A program made the translations under genes and the position numbers. A stretch of 62,793 nucleotides of DNA, counting the filler, from Welwitschia mirabilis (taxonomy: Eukaryota), in the NCBI GenBank assembly GCA_051453625.1. It is 4 parts of one record of this genome, joined end to end, with 100 filler letters (N's around TTAATTAATTAA, not from the genome) between each part and the next. Parts side by side here need not be neighbours in the genome. Positions count along the whole stretch, not along the records: positions 30,763 to 47,188 come from JBOZIK010000001.1; positions 47,289 to 50,514 come from JBOZIK010000001.1; positions 50,615 to 62,793 come from JBOZIK010000001.1; 1 more part is not named here. One strand, given 5' to 3'. Positions 41,012-53,600 of the stretch are shown piece after piece. The notes beneath the pieces are model-generated. The model did not search any database and was not told the origin of the DNA. It saw only the letters and a program-made list of their open reading frames with translations. Numbering within the stretch: position 1 is the stretch's first letter; every line of letters starts with the position of its first letter.

Positions 41012-44000
41012 ATTTCCTATGACTTAGCATTGTAGCATAGCCTCTTACTTAGCCTTATTAGTTTCTAGCAAAGTAAGCGATTAACCAGATTATGAGCCAA
41101 CTTGACTAAGATAAAATAGTACTGAAAAGATGTAAATTAAGTTCCATTAAATCATGTAAGGAAATGATATCACCAACAGGTAACTGATACAAATGCTAAA
41201 AAACTTTTCCTGAGCCTTCTATTTAAGCATGTTACTATAGAATAAATGAATTCTATAAACATACAAAAATCATAAAAATGTAACTTGATGGCTTATGGAA
41301 TGAAAATGTATATGCATATTACAAAAATAATGATAATAGACTAATGTGATAGGCTTAAGTGGTGCTATCTTCCAAAAAAGTGATGTATATTAGTGTCATC
41401 ATAAAGATAAAAAATAAGAGTAGATATAGCATTTTTTTAAGATGATCTAAAACATGGCTATGAATAAACTTATGAGTGTGCTGTTAAATCCTGTAACATA
41501 AACTTCATGAATTCTCTATAAATTTATTCAACAAACTAATCCAAACAACCCATCATAAATTTAGATCATGAAAGATCAGAATATAAAACATTTATGTTAA
41601 AAATTATAGAATAATACCTAGAAAGGTGTCCTACCCCTCCCACAAGAGAAGAAAGATGTCCCAAATTATATCAAGAATAAAGAATGAGCGTCATCCCCTC
41701 TATCACTGGGATGACAGGCATGGAATGACGGTCAATAAATAAGCTATTTTAATAAAAAGGTGAAATCAAAAAAATTTAGAAAATAAGAAAACACATAAAA
41801 ACAATAAAAATAAAATAGAAAACAATGAAAAAGTAAAGAATAGCCTAAAGAGAATCCTTATGGTGGAGAAGAAAAAGTGATAGTAGAAGAAAATGCATTA
41901 AGTGGAAATAAGTAATGCTCAAAGACTCCTCATATGCACCCGAACTCATGGAAAAGAAGAACTGAATCATGGAAACCTATCAAGAAGAAAACAATAATCC
42001 TTTATAAAAATTATGAATAAATATTAATGAGGAACTAAAAAATGATTAGATCCATAATATGATGCCGAAAAAGTATAGACAATGACTTTGAAAAAACCAA
42101 CAAAATAACTAAAGAAAAACAAAATTGAAAATAAATAACTAGGAACATGAAGAAGATTGCTTTCTTATCCTAAATGCTGATCTAGCAAATTTCCTTAGCA
42201 ACAATCATAAAATCATTTGATAATGATGCATGACATAATGTAAAATTTATAAAGTTTACTGAAATAGGTAATGATTATAATGATGTCAAGTATGCTAATG
42301 CTATCAAACAACGAATTATAAGATAAAAAGCTATTTTAAGATAGGAACTTATAGGTTACCATATCAAAACAATACTAGAATCTAAAAAAGTAAAGTGATC
42401 ATGTGAAAGTACTAGAAATTAATAAAGAAAAAATAAGTCTAGAAAATAAGTAATGCCTTTGATGATACTAGTGACACTACTGATCTCGTAGCCTTAAAAT
42501 GCAATTTATTTTTCCATGATGAGGGGAGTGCAACCATTATTACAGGAGTAAGAACTCACACATCATGGCCAACTGACCCCACCAGTAGAGTTTCCATAGC
42601 TACCATGTCACATTTCCAAAGGCCCCTTTCGAGAATATTTGCCTTGGTGCACTTATGGTAAGAGATCATAGTGATCATATTTTGGAGATATAACATAAAA
42701 GAACATGATATATACTTTTTTTTCCTTTTTTTTAGTATCATTTCACATGACCAAGTACTTATAAGGATAAAAGTGAAAGAATGAGATGAGTAACAAAGTT
42801 ATAATATCCAAAAATAACTAATTACTCACATCATTAAAAGAGAATTAAAAAAACCAAGACATATTCCTTCTAAAATAAAGTTCATAGATATAAAAATATC
42901 TAAAAATTGGATAAAACCAATCTAATCATTGAAAATACCCAGGTAAAATATTACTAATCATGGAAACTTCATAAGTAATTACATATGCTAAGTTAAAAAT
43001 ATTTAAGTGATAATATGATATTAACCTAAGAAATGAGTTAAGAAAAAATTTAGATAAGGAATAAAGAAAGGTTCTACTCATGAATAGAGGCTTCTAAAAT
43101 AAGTGCTTCTATTATGTTCAAGGTTTCATCAAGAGATGACTCATAAAGTTTTAACCTTTATCCATTAATCTTTTGGATTTCTCTAGTATTCATATCGGAG
43201 ATTTAAACTGAGCCATTTGAATTTTCTTTTTCTATAATATAAGGACCTAATCATTTAGAAGTTAACTTGTTTGCAAAAGATGTACTCAAGTGTTATACAG
43301 AAGGACAAGTTGACCAAGTTTAAACTTTTTATGAATAATCTTTTTATCATGTCTAAACTTGGCTTGAGTTTTATTAATTAGTTAACAATGTAAAGCATGA
43401 GTATGTTTTTCATCTAAATGATTGAATTAGGCTAGCTGAATTTTAAGATTATCATTCAAGTCTATAAGGTTAAGTTAATGGGTGGATCAATAAGAAATAT
43501 AACAAAAATTAATTAGTAACACACACACACTTTACCATTTATAAATTCATAGGCTAAGAGACCTAGATAGTTATGCCAAGTAGTATAGTTAGCTCAAAGA
43601 ACATCATTAATTTTAGAGAACCAGGTTTTCTTATTGGTCAAAACTAATTTTTAAAGCATTTTTTTGATTTTTGTATTTGCATTTTTAGCTTGACCATTGA
43701 TATAATAATGATAGGCATAAGTAATTCTATGTTTAATCCTTTATTAATGAAATGAGTTCCTTGATCATTTATGATAGTTTATGCAAAACCAAATCATTGA
43801 AAAATATGAGTTCAAACAAAGTTGCAAACGGTTTGAGCATCATTTTTTATAGTAAAATAGTTTCAACCCACTTAGTAACATAATCCATTTATACAGGATA
43901 TAATTTTTCTCATGAGAAGGTGGTGCATTGGGCCTATAAAGTCAATTCCCCAACAATCAAAAGGTTCATGTTCAAATATGAGTTTAAGGGGCATATCATA

Positions 44001-47000
44001 AGAATGAGTTAGGCTACCATAGCATTGATATGCATTACACTTCCTAAAAAAGTCAAATGAGCCTTTGAAAAGAGTAGGCTAATAAAAACCAGAGTGAAGA
44101 ATTTTTATGATGTTATTTTGGCTACAAAAGTGTCCTTCACATACTCCAACATGGCAAATTTTTAAGATTTCTAATGTTGTCCACTTAAGTACTTACTTAC
44201 ACACAATTTGATCTTTGCAACATCTATAAAAATGGGGTTTACTGCACTCATAGTCACTGATTCTATGTAGAAAATTTTTGCGCTAGTTATGGTTCCAATG
44301 CTGAGGAGTTTTCATAGTTACAAGGTAGTTCACAATGTTAGCATATCAAGAAGAAGGATAAAAGAATGAGATGACATAAAGTTATTTAATCACAAACCGT
44401 TGTTCATCGAGAAAAGAGTCATTAATGGGAGTTTTATCATGAGAGCAAGAAAGTCAAGATAGATGATTAGCAACACTATTCTGTTTTCTAGCCTTGTCAA
44501 TGATGGTAAGATTAAATTCTTGCATGAGAAGGNNNNNNNNNNNNNNNNNNNNNNNNNNNNNNNNNNNNNNNNNNNNNNNNNNNNNNNNNNNNNNNNNNNN
44601 NNNNNNNNNNNNNNNNNNNNNNNNNNNNNNNNNNNNNNNNNNNNNNNNNNNNNNNNNNNNNNNNNNNNNNNNNNNNNNNNNNNNNNNNNNNNNNNNNNNN
44701 NNNNNNNNNNNNNNNNNNNNNNNNNNNNNNNNNNNNNNNNNNNNNNNNNNNNNNNNNNNNNNNNNNNNNNNNNNNNNNNNNNNNNNNNNNNNNNNNNNNN
44801 NNNNNNNNNNNNNNNNNNNNNNNNNNNNNNNNNNNNNNNNNNNNNNNNNNNNNNNNNNNNNNNNNNNNNNNNNNNNNNNNNNNNNNNNNNNNNNNNNNNN
44901 NNNNNNNNNNNNNNNNNNNNNNNNNNNNNNNNNNNNNNNNNNNNNNNNNNNNNNNNNNNNNNNNNNNNNNNNNNNNNNNNNNNNNNNNNNNNNNNNNNNN
45001 NNNNNNNNNNNNNNNNNNNNNNNNNNNNNNNNNNNNNNNNNNNNNNNNNNNNNNNNNNNNNNNNNNNNNNNNNNNNNNNNNNNNNNNNNNNNNNNNNNNN
45101 NNNNNNNNNNNNNNNNNNNNNNNNNNNNNNNNNNNNNNNNNNNNNNNNNNNNNNNNNNNNNNNNNNNNNNNNNNNNNNNNNNNNNNNNNNNNNNNNNNNN
45201 NNNNNNNNNNNNNNNNNNNNNNNNNNNNNNNNNNNNNNNNNNNNNNNNNNNNNNNNNNNNNNNNNNNNNNNNNNNNNNNNNNNNNNNNNNNNNNNNNNNN
45301 NNNNNNNNNNNNNNNNNNNNNNNNNNNNNNNNNNNNNNNNNNNNNNNNNNNNNNNNNNNNNNNNNNNNAAAGATGATATAAAAAAAAGATAATGGCAATC
45401 ATTTCTCTCTCAGTATAAGTATAGTTGGATTAGACTTGGGAAAAAGTTTTACTAAGATAAGATATGACTTTAAAAACATTTTCATATTTTTCGCAAAGAA
45501 CTCCTTCTACAGCAATGTTGCTTGCATCAAACATAAGTTCAAAGTTTTTACTTCAATCGAGACCCATGACAGTAGGTTCAGAAGAAATATTTTCTTTAAC
45601 AAATTCAAATGCAAGTTGGCATGAATCATTCCAATCAAATTTAACATCTTTTTCAAGTAAGAAGTCGAAAGGTTTACAAATTTTGGCATAATCATGAATG
45701 AATTTTTAATAAAAACTAGCATGTATAAGGAAAAGTCTAACTTTGACATTAGTTAGAGGGCTAAGATTTTTAATGATATCAACTTTAGTGGGGTCTATCC
45801 TAGTCCCTTATTTTGAAATGTGATTACCTAAAACAATTTCATATTGGACAAGGAGAAAACTCTTTTCCAACTCAAATATAATCCACTCTCAATACATCGA
45901 TCTAGAACTTTTTCTAATCTTACTATAATTTATTCAAAGGTATAACCAAAGATGGAGAATTCATCCATAAAAATTTTAATAGAAGCTTCTATCATATCAA
46001 AAAAGATCCTCATCATGACTCATTAAAAGGTTTCAAGGGCATTTTAAAGTCCAAAGGGCATTCATTTAAAAGAAAAGGTTTCAAAATAAGAAGTGATAGT
46101 GATTTTAGCTTGGTTTTTACTTCCTATACAAATTTGATTATAATCATTATACCCATAAAAAAAAACAATAGTAGACATGACCTTGGATTCTATCAAGTAC
46201 TTGATCAAGAAAGGGTAAAGGATAATGATATTTTTTAGTGAACTCATTAAGTTTTCTAAAATTGATGCATATTATCACTAAAATTGATGATATTTTTTAG
46301 TGAACTCATCAAGTACTTGGATTCTATCAAGTACTTGATCAAGAAAGGGTAAAGGATAAAGTACTAACCCACTCACTATTGGATATGGCATATATAATTC
46401 TAGCATCCATAAGTTTGATGTTTCATCTTTAATGATTTGTTTAAGGGCTAGATTTAGCCTTCTTTGTGGTTACCTAATGGGTTTAGCATTATCTTCATGT
46501 TATATTTTATGTTATGGAAAGAGGAATGATAGATAAATCTTTATTTGTCTAAGCAAAGACATTTTTTTTCTAAATTAAGAGTGAAATCAAGTTGAATTCT
46601 TATTAAGGAGTGATAAGATTACTATTATTAGAGGTTTCATTTGATTTTTGAAAACAAAAATATATTTTAATCCTTAGGATAATTTCTTTAGCTCAAGGGT
46701 AATATTTAGAGCTGTCTTTCCATCTGTTGTAGAGACAACAAATGTGGGATGACATGCCTCAAAAAGGTTTTTTACTAAATGAAGATGTTAAGTTCTTTCC
46801 TAGTCTATGTGTTCTTCATCCTCAGATTCAAGATAGTTTGTTTGAGTGGGCTCATCATATAAAGTTGGTTTATGTAGCATGATTAATCTATCTTTAATTA
46901 GTCAATGTTATAAAAACAAGGTTGGTTTCAATTCATCTTCAAAGTTAGACTCAGTTCCTTTGTCTTGTTTAGCAGCATCAAAAACTCTAATGGTACTTTG

Positions 47001-47188
47001 TTTATTGTCAAAATGGTATTTCATCATCCCAAATCATGTGTTGATGATGTAATGGGAAGTTGCACAAAAGGCTCTTCCTAAAAGTAGTGGATATCCTCTA
47101 TCATGTTCTATCTTAATTATGACAATATCAATGGGATAAAATGCTTCCTTAATTTAGATGACTAGGTCCTTGATAATTCATATTGGTT
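41012..47188 (-). mobile_element. Athila-like family A, piece 3: 3' noncoding (41012-43030), integrase (~43030-44400), RH/RT (to ~46500), protease region (to 47188)
   Basis: Collinear with A1 and A2; WGIDF at ~43940-43955; LLMQEFNLTIIDKARKQNSVANHLS; KIFMDEFS at ~45955-45980. Confidence 0.9.
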
Positions 47189-47288
47189 NNNNNNNNNNNN
47201 NNNNNNNNNNNNNNNNNNNNNNNNNNNNNNNNTTAATTAATTAANNNNNNNNNNNNNNNNNNNNNNNNNNNNNNNNNNNNNNNNNNNN
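47189..47288. other. Assembly spacer 44N-TTAATTAATTAA-44N
   Basis: Same 100-bp construct as 30663-30762. Confidence 0.97.
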
Positions 47289-47374
47289 TTATAATGTAAT
47301 ATATTTTAACATAATGTATATGCAATGATATGCATATTTATTTATGAAATATAATACATATGCTTTATATTTAA

Positions 47375-47585
47375 TGCCATCAAGAACTATGGTCTTTACA
47401 TTAATCTCTTCTAGTTCCAATAACATTTCAACCAAATCTAGAACAACATGTATAAGATTACATTAGAAACCATAATAAGATATTCCCAAGACATATATCT
47501 CCATCCTCTAAACATAACTTTTTGCCACCTATCTAACATTAGACTTGAGTTATAAAACTCCTTCTTTATCCATACATTAATTTGA
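47375..47585 (-). pseudogene. Old copia RT fragment
   Basis: - strand NVR*VAKSYV*R resembles KARLVAKGYxQ; VVLDLVEMLLELEEINVKTIVLDG resembles VxLALVAxxDLELEQLDVKTAFLHG. Confidence 0.6.
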
Positions 47586-48904
47586 AAACAAGGCTAGCTC
47601 TTTGATTTTATTTGAAAGCATGTGTTTGGCATGTCCCCTACTCACATCCTAATTTCTCCCAAATTATTTGCTTTTCTTGAGGCCTCTATAGCTCATCATT
47701 CTTTTGCAAGTACCACCAATATACATAACTATTGAATACCATAATCATAAATGCTACTTTAAGTAGAGCAAAAAGATAAAATTACCCTAGTATTTCAACA
47801 TTTGATGTGTTACTAATATTCTTATCTTGAACTTTACAATGTTATTTCTTCCCTTAGAAATTTTCTGTTGTTTATTTAAATTCATAGAAATCCATCATTA
47901 TTGATTGGATCATTCATATCATTCATATTAATAATTCAATTATGATGCTAATTTGTGGAATAAAAACTTTAGCATTGAACTTCAGTAAAATTGTTCTCCT
48001 AAGAGAGAAGTGCACTCAAAATTTTTAGATGTTCTTGTTTAGAAACTCTGACCTTAACTCATACCATAATGACTGATGAACATGATGGGGAAGCTTAACA
48101 TAGCTACCAATTAAACCCTTTGCTCTTCTTCTAAAAACATTTTCTTTACTCAAATAATTATTGCCTTCAATCATATTTGGACTTTAAAGTCCATTATGAA
48201 TATTAAATATATAAATTTCTACTTGTTATTCTAAAGGATTTATACCTAACTTGTCTATAGGCACATTTATTTCATTACAAAAGTGTTTAAAGTAGGAAAC
48301 CTAAATGTGAAGGGATAAGCCCTAAAGCTAGCTTAATGACTAGATCTCCGTCTACATAATAATCATAACAAAAGTAAATAGTGAGAACCTCAAGAAAATG
48401 ATCATTATGAAACCTAAATGCTTCATACAAATTGAAAAAAAAAATCAATCATAATGATAATACAATAAATCACCTAATATTTTGAAAATAAACAAAGAAA
48501 ATTAGTGGAAAATCATAAATGCATTAACCAAAAGGTTCACAAGTAATTGATTATAAAAGACAATTCAAGTTTTTATGGAGGAAATCTTTATGCAAAACAA
48601 TAGTTAAGACTGAGCCAAAAAGGCATTACTAACTCATTCTCCCAAAATTCAATGGTAGAAAGACAAGTATAATCATATTTTTAAGAATAGAATATTTGAA
48701 AAAAAATAAAGAAAAATTTTAGAACTCATCCACTATGGAAGTAACATAGAAGATCTGGTTATGTAAGTCGCCAATGGTAAATTCTCCAAAACCCTCAACC
48801 TATCCAGTAATCACATGACCATATACAACACTTTTTCTTCTCATGAGTCCTCCCTATGCTACATGCTAGTTTTGTTCCAGATCCATGTCTTTTGATGCCT
48901 CTAA

Positions 48905-49240
48905 TAAAATTGCTAAAATCCTTGTTTGAGAAAAATCATTTGCTTCATAATAGATATGATTTCTACAGGCATATGGACACCATAAAGCCTTCCAAGAATA
49001 ATGTTGTAGATGCGGTCATCTAAGATTCAATTCGATGAAAGGGATAAAGGAATCAAGCAATGGGATTGAGGAAAATAACTGGAAGCACAAAATGTGTAAA
49101 TAGTTCTATTAAGATTAGATCCATCGAGCTTATATCCAAGGCTCTAGAGGTTCTCCAGAAGTTGAATTGCCTCTGTAACTTTTCCTTTCTTGCACAGAGA
49201 ATGCACCTATTTGCTCTTGGACTAAAAATCAATACTGAAT
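48905..49240 (-). pseudogene. Pentatricopeptide-repeat (P-class PPR) gene fragment, At3g18020-like N-terminal region
   Basis: One frame: VHSLCKKGKVTEAIQLLENL*SLGYKLDGSNLNRTIYTFCASSYFPQSHCLIPLSLSSN*ILDDRIYNIILGRLYGVHMPVEIISIMKQMIFLKQGF*. Shows PPR periodicity (LCKxGKVxEA...G.PD; DDRxYNIIL) with in-frame stops. Ortholog call is from memory. Confidence 0.8.
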
Positions 49241-49653
49241 TTTCTTTTTTCCTTCATTAAAGGAGTTCTGCAAATGGATAACTTGAAGATCATTATTGGC
49301 TGAAATATTTGAATTCTATCAAGTTGATAATAGAATTCCATCAATTTGTAGAGAAATCTACAAAAGATGAGAGCTTCTTTACAATCTAGAATTACATTGC
49401 ATCTAAATTACTAAAATTAGAGCAATGTTCATTATTGTAAAATTATTTGAGTAGAAATGTCATTGTTGTATTAAACCAATCCTTCTTTCCTTGCCATAAA
49501 TCATAATATTCATAGTTTACTCCTTCTCCTATGCATCCCTCTTTAAAATTCAAAGAACATGTTTAAAAAGCCATTAGCAATACCTTTCCAGTTTTTGATA
49601 GTACAATTTGACTTTACTTTGCTTCTCTAATTGATAAATCAAATTAATGAACT

Positions 49654-50514
49654 TGTAGGATAATGAACCCTAAAGGGGAGGTGAATAGGACTTTTGAAAA
49701 AATTTAAACAATTATTACTTTCAAAAGAAATTATGCATAAAAAGATATAACAAAACGNNNNNNNNNNNNNNNNNNNNNNNNNNNNNNNNNNNNNNNNNNN
49801 NNNNNNNNNNNNNNNNNNNNNNNNNNNNNNNNNNNNNNNNNNNNNNNNNNNNNNNNNNNNNNNNNNNNNNNNNNNNNNNNNNNNNNNNNNNNNNNNNNNN
49901 NNNNNNNNNNNNNNNNNNNNNNNNNNNNNNNNNNNNNNNNNNNNNNNNNNNNNNNNNNNNNNNNNNNNNNNNNNNNNNNNNNNNNNNNNNNNNNNNNNNN
50001 NNNNNNNNNNNNNNNNNNNNNNNNNNNNNNNNNNNNNNNNNNNNNNNNNNNNNNNNNNNNNNNGATAAGTACTGAATGAGAGAATAATGATAGTACAAAG
50101 ATAAGCCTTTCAGATCAAGAGTGCAGCCTTCTTTTTCAAAAATCCAATCCAATATGAAAAGCCCTCGGGTTTTTGAGTGTTGCCTCTTATTTATAGATTT
50201 TCCCAAAATATAACCGTTTGACTAGATGGGCATGAATTTGACATTTGTAACAGATAAATTTGGTGCTATAATAGTTAGAAAATTGCTTTAAAATTTCTGC
50301 TTCCATGCTGACTGGTCGACCCGAGATCCGGTTGCCCTTACAAAAATGTTAGGTTGCCCTTACTCGGCTCAGATTTTGATAGTCTACTGATTAGTCCAAC
50401 CTTATAGAAATGTTGGATAGATGTAACAATGTTCGGTTGCCCTTACAAAAATGTTGGGTATACCTAACAACATTTGGTCGCCCTTACAGAAATATTAGGT
50501 TGACCCCACATGAA
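49654..50514 (-). mobile_element. Sirevirus-type LTR, partial (solo or 3' LTR), gapped
   Basis: Starts TGtaggataatgaaccctaaaggggaggtgaatagg, similar to the S1 and S2 LTR termini; no PBS on its left. TATA-like CTATAAATAAGAGG on - at ~50183-50196; ggttgcccttacaaaaatgtt repeats at 50310-50510. Confidence 0.7.
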
Positions 50515-50614
50515 NNNNNNNNNNNNNNNNNNNNNNNNNNNNNNNNNNNNNNNNNNNNTTAATTAATTAANNNNNNNNNNNNNNNNNNNNNNNNNNNNNN
50601 NNNNNNNNNNNNNN
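50515..50614. other. Assembly spacer 44N-TTAATTAATTAA-44N
   Basis: Same 100-bp construct. Confidence 0.97.
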
Positions 50615-53600
50615 ATAACAATTATATTCTTATCACTGTCAACTATGTTACTAAGTGGGTAGAAGCTATTCCTACTACTAAAAATAATGCTCAAACCATC
50701 TATAACTTTGTTTAAACTCATATTTTTTAATGATTTGGTTTTCCACAAATTATCATTAGTGATCAGGGAACTTAATTCATTAATTACCTTTTTTGAAAAA
50801 TTCTTCTATCCATTGGTGTTAAACATAGAATTGCTTATCCCTATCATTCTCAAACTAATGAATAAGCTAAAAATACAAATAGAGAAATAAAAAAAATGCT
50901 TAAAAAGTTAGTATCTGTCAATTAAANNNNNNNNNNNNNNNNNNNNNNNNNNNNNNNNNNNNNNNNNNNNNNNNNNNNNNNNNNNNNNNNNNNNNNNNNN
51001 NNNNNNNNNNNNNNNNNNNNNNNNNNNNNNNNNNNNNNNNNNNNNNNNNNNNNNNNNNNNNNNNNNNNNNNNNNNNNNNNNNNNNNNNNNNNNNNNNNNN
51101 NNNNNNNNNNNNNNNNNNNNNNNNNNNNNNNNNNNNNNNNNNNNNNNNNNNNNNNNNNNNNNNNNNNNNNNNNNNNNNNNNNNNNNNNNNNNNNNNNNNN
51201 NNNNNNNNNNNNNNNNTACTCATGCCTTACATCATCAACTTATCCTTTTGTATAACACCCAAGTACATCTTTTGTACAACAAGTTAACTTCTTAATTGTA
51301 AAGTCCTTATCTTATAAAAAAAGTACACTCAAATGGCTCAGTTGAAATCTCCAATCTAAATAATAAATAAATCCAAAAGTTTAATGGATAAAGGTCAAAA
51401 CTTTATGAGTCATATCCTAATAAAACCTTGAACATGATAAAAGAACTTATTTTGGAAGCCCTTCTTTATGAGGAGGACCTTTCTTTTTCCATTATTTAAA
51501 TTCTTTCTTAACTCATTCCTTAGGTAAACATCATGTTATCACTTAAATATTTTTAAACTTGACATATGTATTTTACTTATGAAGTTTGCATGATTAGCAA
51601 TATTTTACTTGGGCATTTAGATGATGAGATTGGCTTCATCTAATATTCAGAAATTTGTATGTTTATGAACTTCATTTTAGAGGAATATGCCTTGGTTCTT
51701 TTTTTCTCTTTTAATGGTGTGAGTAATTAGTTATTTTTACATGTTCTTACTTTTTAACTCATCTCATTACTTCACTTTTATCCTTATAAGCAGTTGGTCA
51801 TGTCAAAAAGAAAGAAAGAAAGAAAGAAAAAGAAAAAGAAAAGAAAAAAAAAAAGAAGAAAAGAAGATCATGCTCTTTCATATTATATCTAAAAAACATG
51901 ATCATCATGATGTCCTAACTACAAGCACTTTGGAGAAAATATTCCAAAGAGAGGCATTTGATAATACGATATGATAGTTGTGGGAACTCCACTGAGGGGT
52001 CAGTTGGCCATGCTGTGTAGGTCCTTACTCCTATGACAGAGGTTACACCCCCTCATCATGGATAAATAAATTTCATTTTGAGGCTACGAGATCAGTAGTA
52101 TCCCTAGGATTATTAGAGGCATTGCTTGTTTTCTAGACTCATATTTATTTATTTATTTCTAGTACTTCCACATGATCACTCTATTTTTTAGATTCTAGTA
52201 TTGTTTTGATTTGGTAGCTTGTAAGTTTCTATTTTAAATAGCTTTTTATATTATCATTTATTGTTTGATAACATTAGACATACTTGACATTACAATAATT
52301 ATTACCTAAGTGAGTAGTACTTTGTAATTTATACATACTATCATGCATCTTTTATCAAGTGATTTTATGCTTATTGCTAAGGAAATTTGTTAGGTTAGAA
52401 TTTAGGGTGAGAAAGAAATCTTCTTTATGTTCTTAGTTGTTCATTTTTCATTTTTATTTTCTTTAGTTGTTTTATGAGATTTTTNNNNNNNNNNNNNNNN
52501 NNNNNNNNNNNNNNNNNNNNNNNNNNNNNNNNNNNNNNNNNNNNNNNNNNNNNNNNNNNNNNNNNNNNNNNNNNNNNNNNNNNNNNNNNNNNNNNNNNNN
52601 NNAGTTTCAATTTTGTTTTTCCATGAGTTTGGATACATTTGTGGAGTTTATGAGTATTGTTTCTTTCTACTTAGTTCATTTTCCTCTCTTTTTACATATT
52701 CCTCCATGCATTCCTCTTTACTCTGGGCATGCTTTTAGGCTATTTCTTTACTTTCTACCTTTGTTCTATTTTTTATTTGTTTTTTTTGAGTTTTCTTTCT
52801 TTTAGTATTTTTTTCGGATTATCTTTTCTCTTCAAATAGTTTATCTGCTCACTTTCATCCCATGCCTGTCATCCCCATGACATCTGAGATGACACTCACC
52901 CTTTATATTTGGTGAAATTTGGGATATATTGCTTCTTCTATGAGGGGATGGGACATCTTTTTGGGTTTTATTCCATAATTATGAGCATAAATTTTTCATA
53001 TTCTGAGCTTTCATGATGCATATATATCATGGGTTATTTGGATTAGTTTTTCATGTTAATGGAATAAATTTATGGAGAATTCATGAACTTTATCTTCCAG
53101 GATCTAGTAGCACACTCTCAAAGTTTTATTGTAGCTATGTTTCAGATCATCTAAAAAAATGCTTTATCTACTCTTGACCTTTGCCTTTATGGATGAAACT
53201 AATGAACTTAAATATATCACTCTTTTAAGGATTAGTACTACTTAAGCTTGTCACATCAGTTAGTTATCACTATTTCTGTAATATGCATACACATTATTAT
53301 TCTATAACCTATCAATGTTACATTTTTATGGTTTCTGTATGTGTATGGCATTTATTTATTTTGTAGTGACATGCTTAAGTAGGGGGCTTAGGGATATTTT
53401 TCAATATTTGTATTAGTTAATCTATTTGTGATATCTTTTCTTACATGATTTAATTGGACTCAATTTACATCTTTTNNNNNNNNNNNNNNNNNNNNNNNNN
53501 NNNNNNNNNNNNNNNNNNNNNNNNNNNNNNNNNNNNNNNNNNNNNNNNNNNNNNNNNNNNNNNNNNNNNNNNNNNGATCACATTAGACATACTTGACATC

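Noticed and set aside
30663..50614. TTAATTAATTAA palindrome three times (30707, 47233, 50559)
   Set aside because: Each is centred in exactly 44 N + 44 N. It is a synthetic linker with stop codons in all frames, so adjacency across these joins is not biological evidence.
51801..51870. Lys/Glu/Arg-rich ORF 51741-51974
   Set aside because: Translation of an (AAAG)n/poly-A low-complexity tract in the Athila 3' noncoding region.
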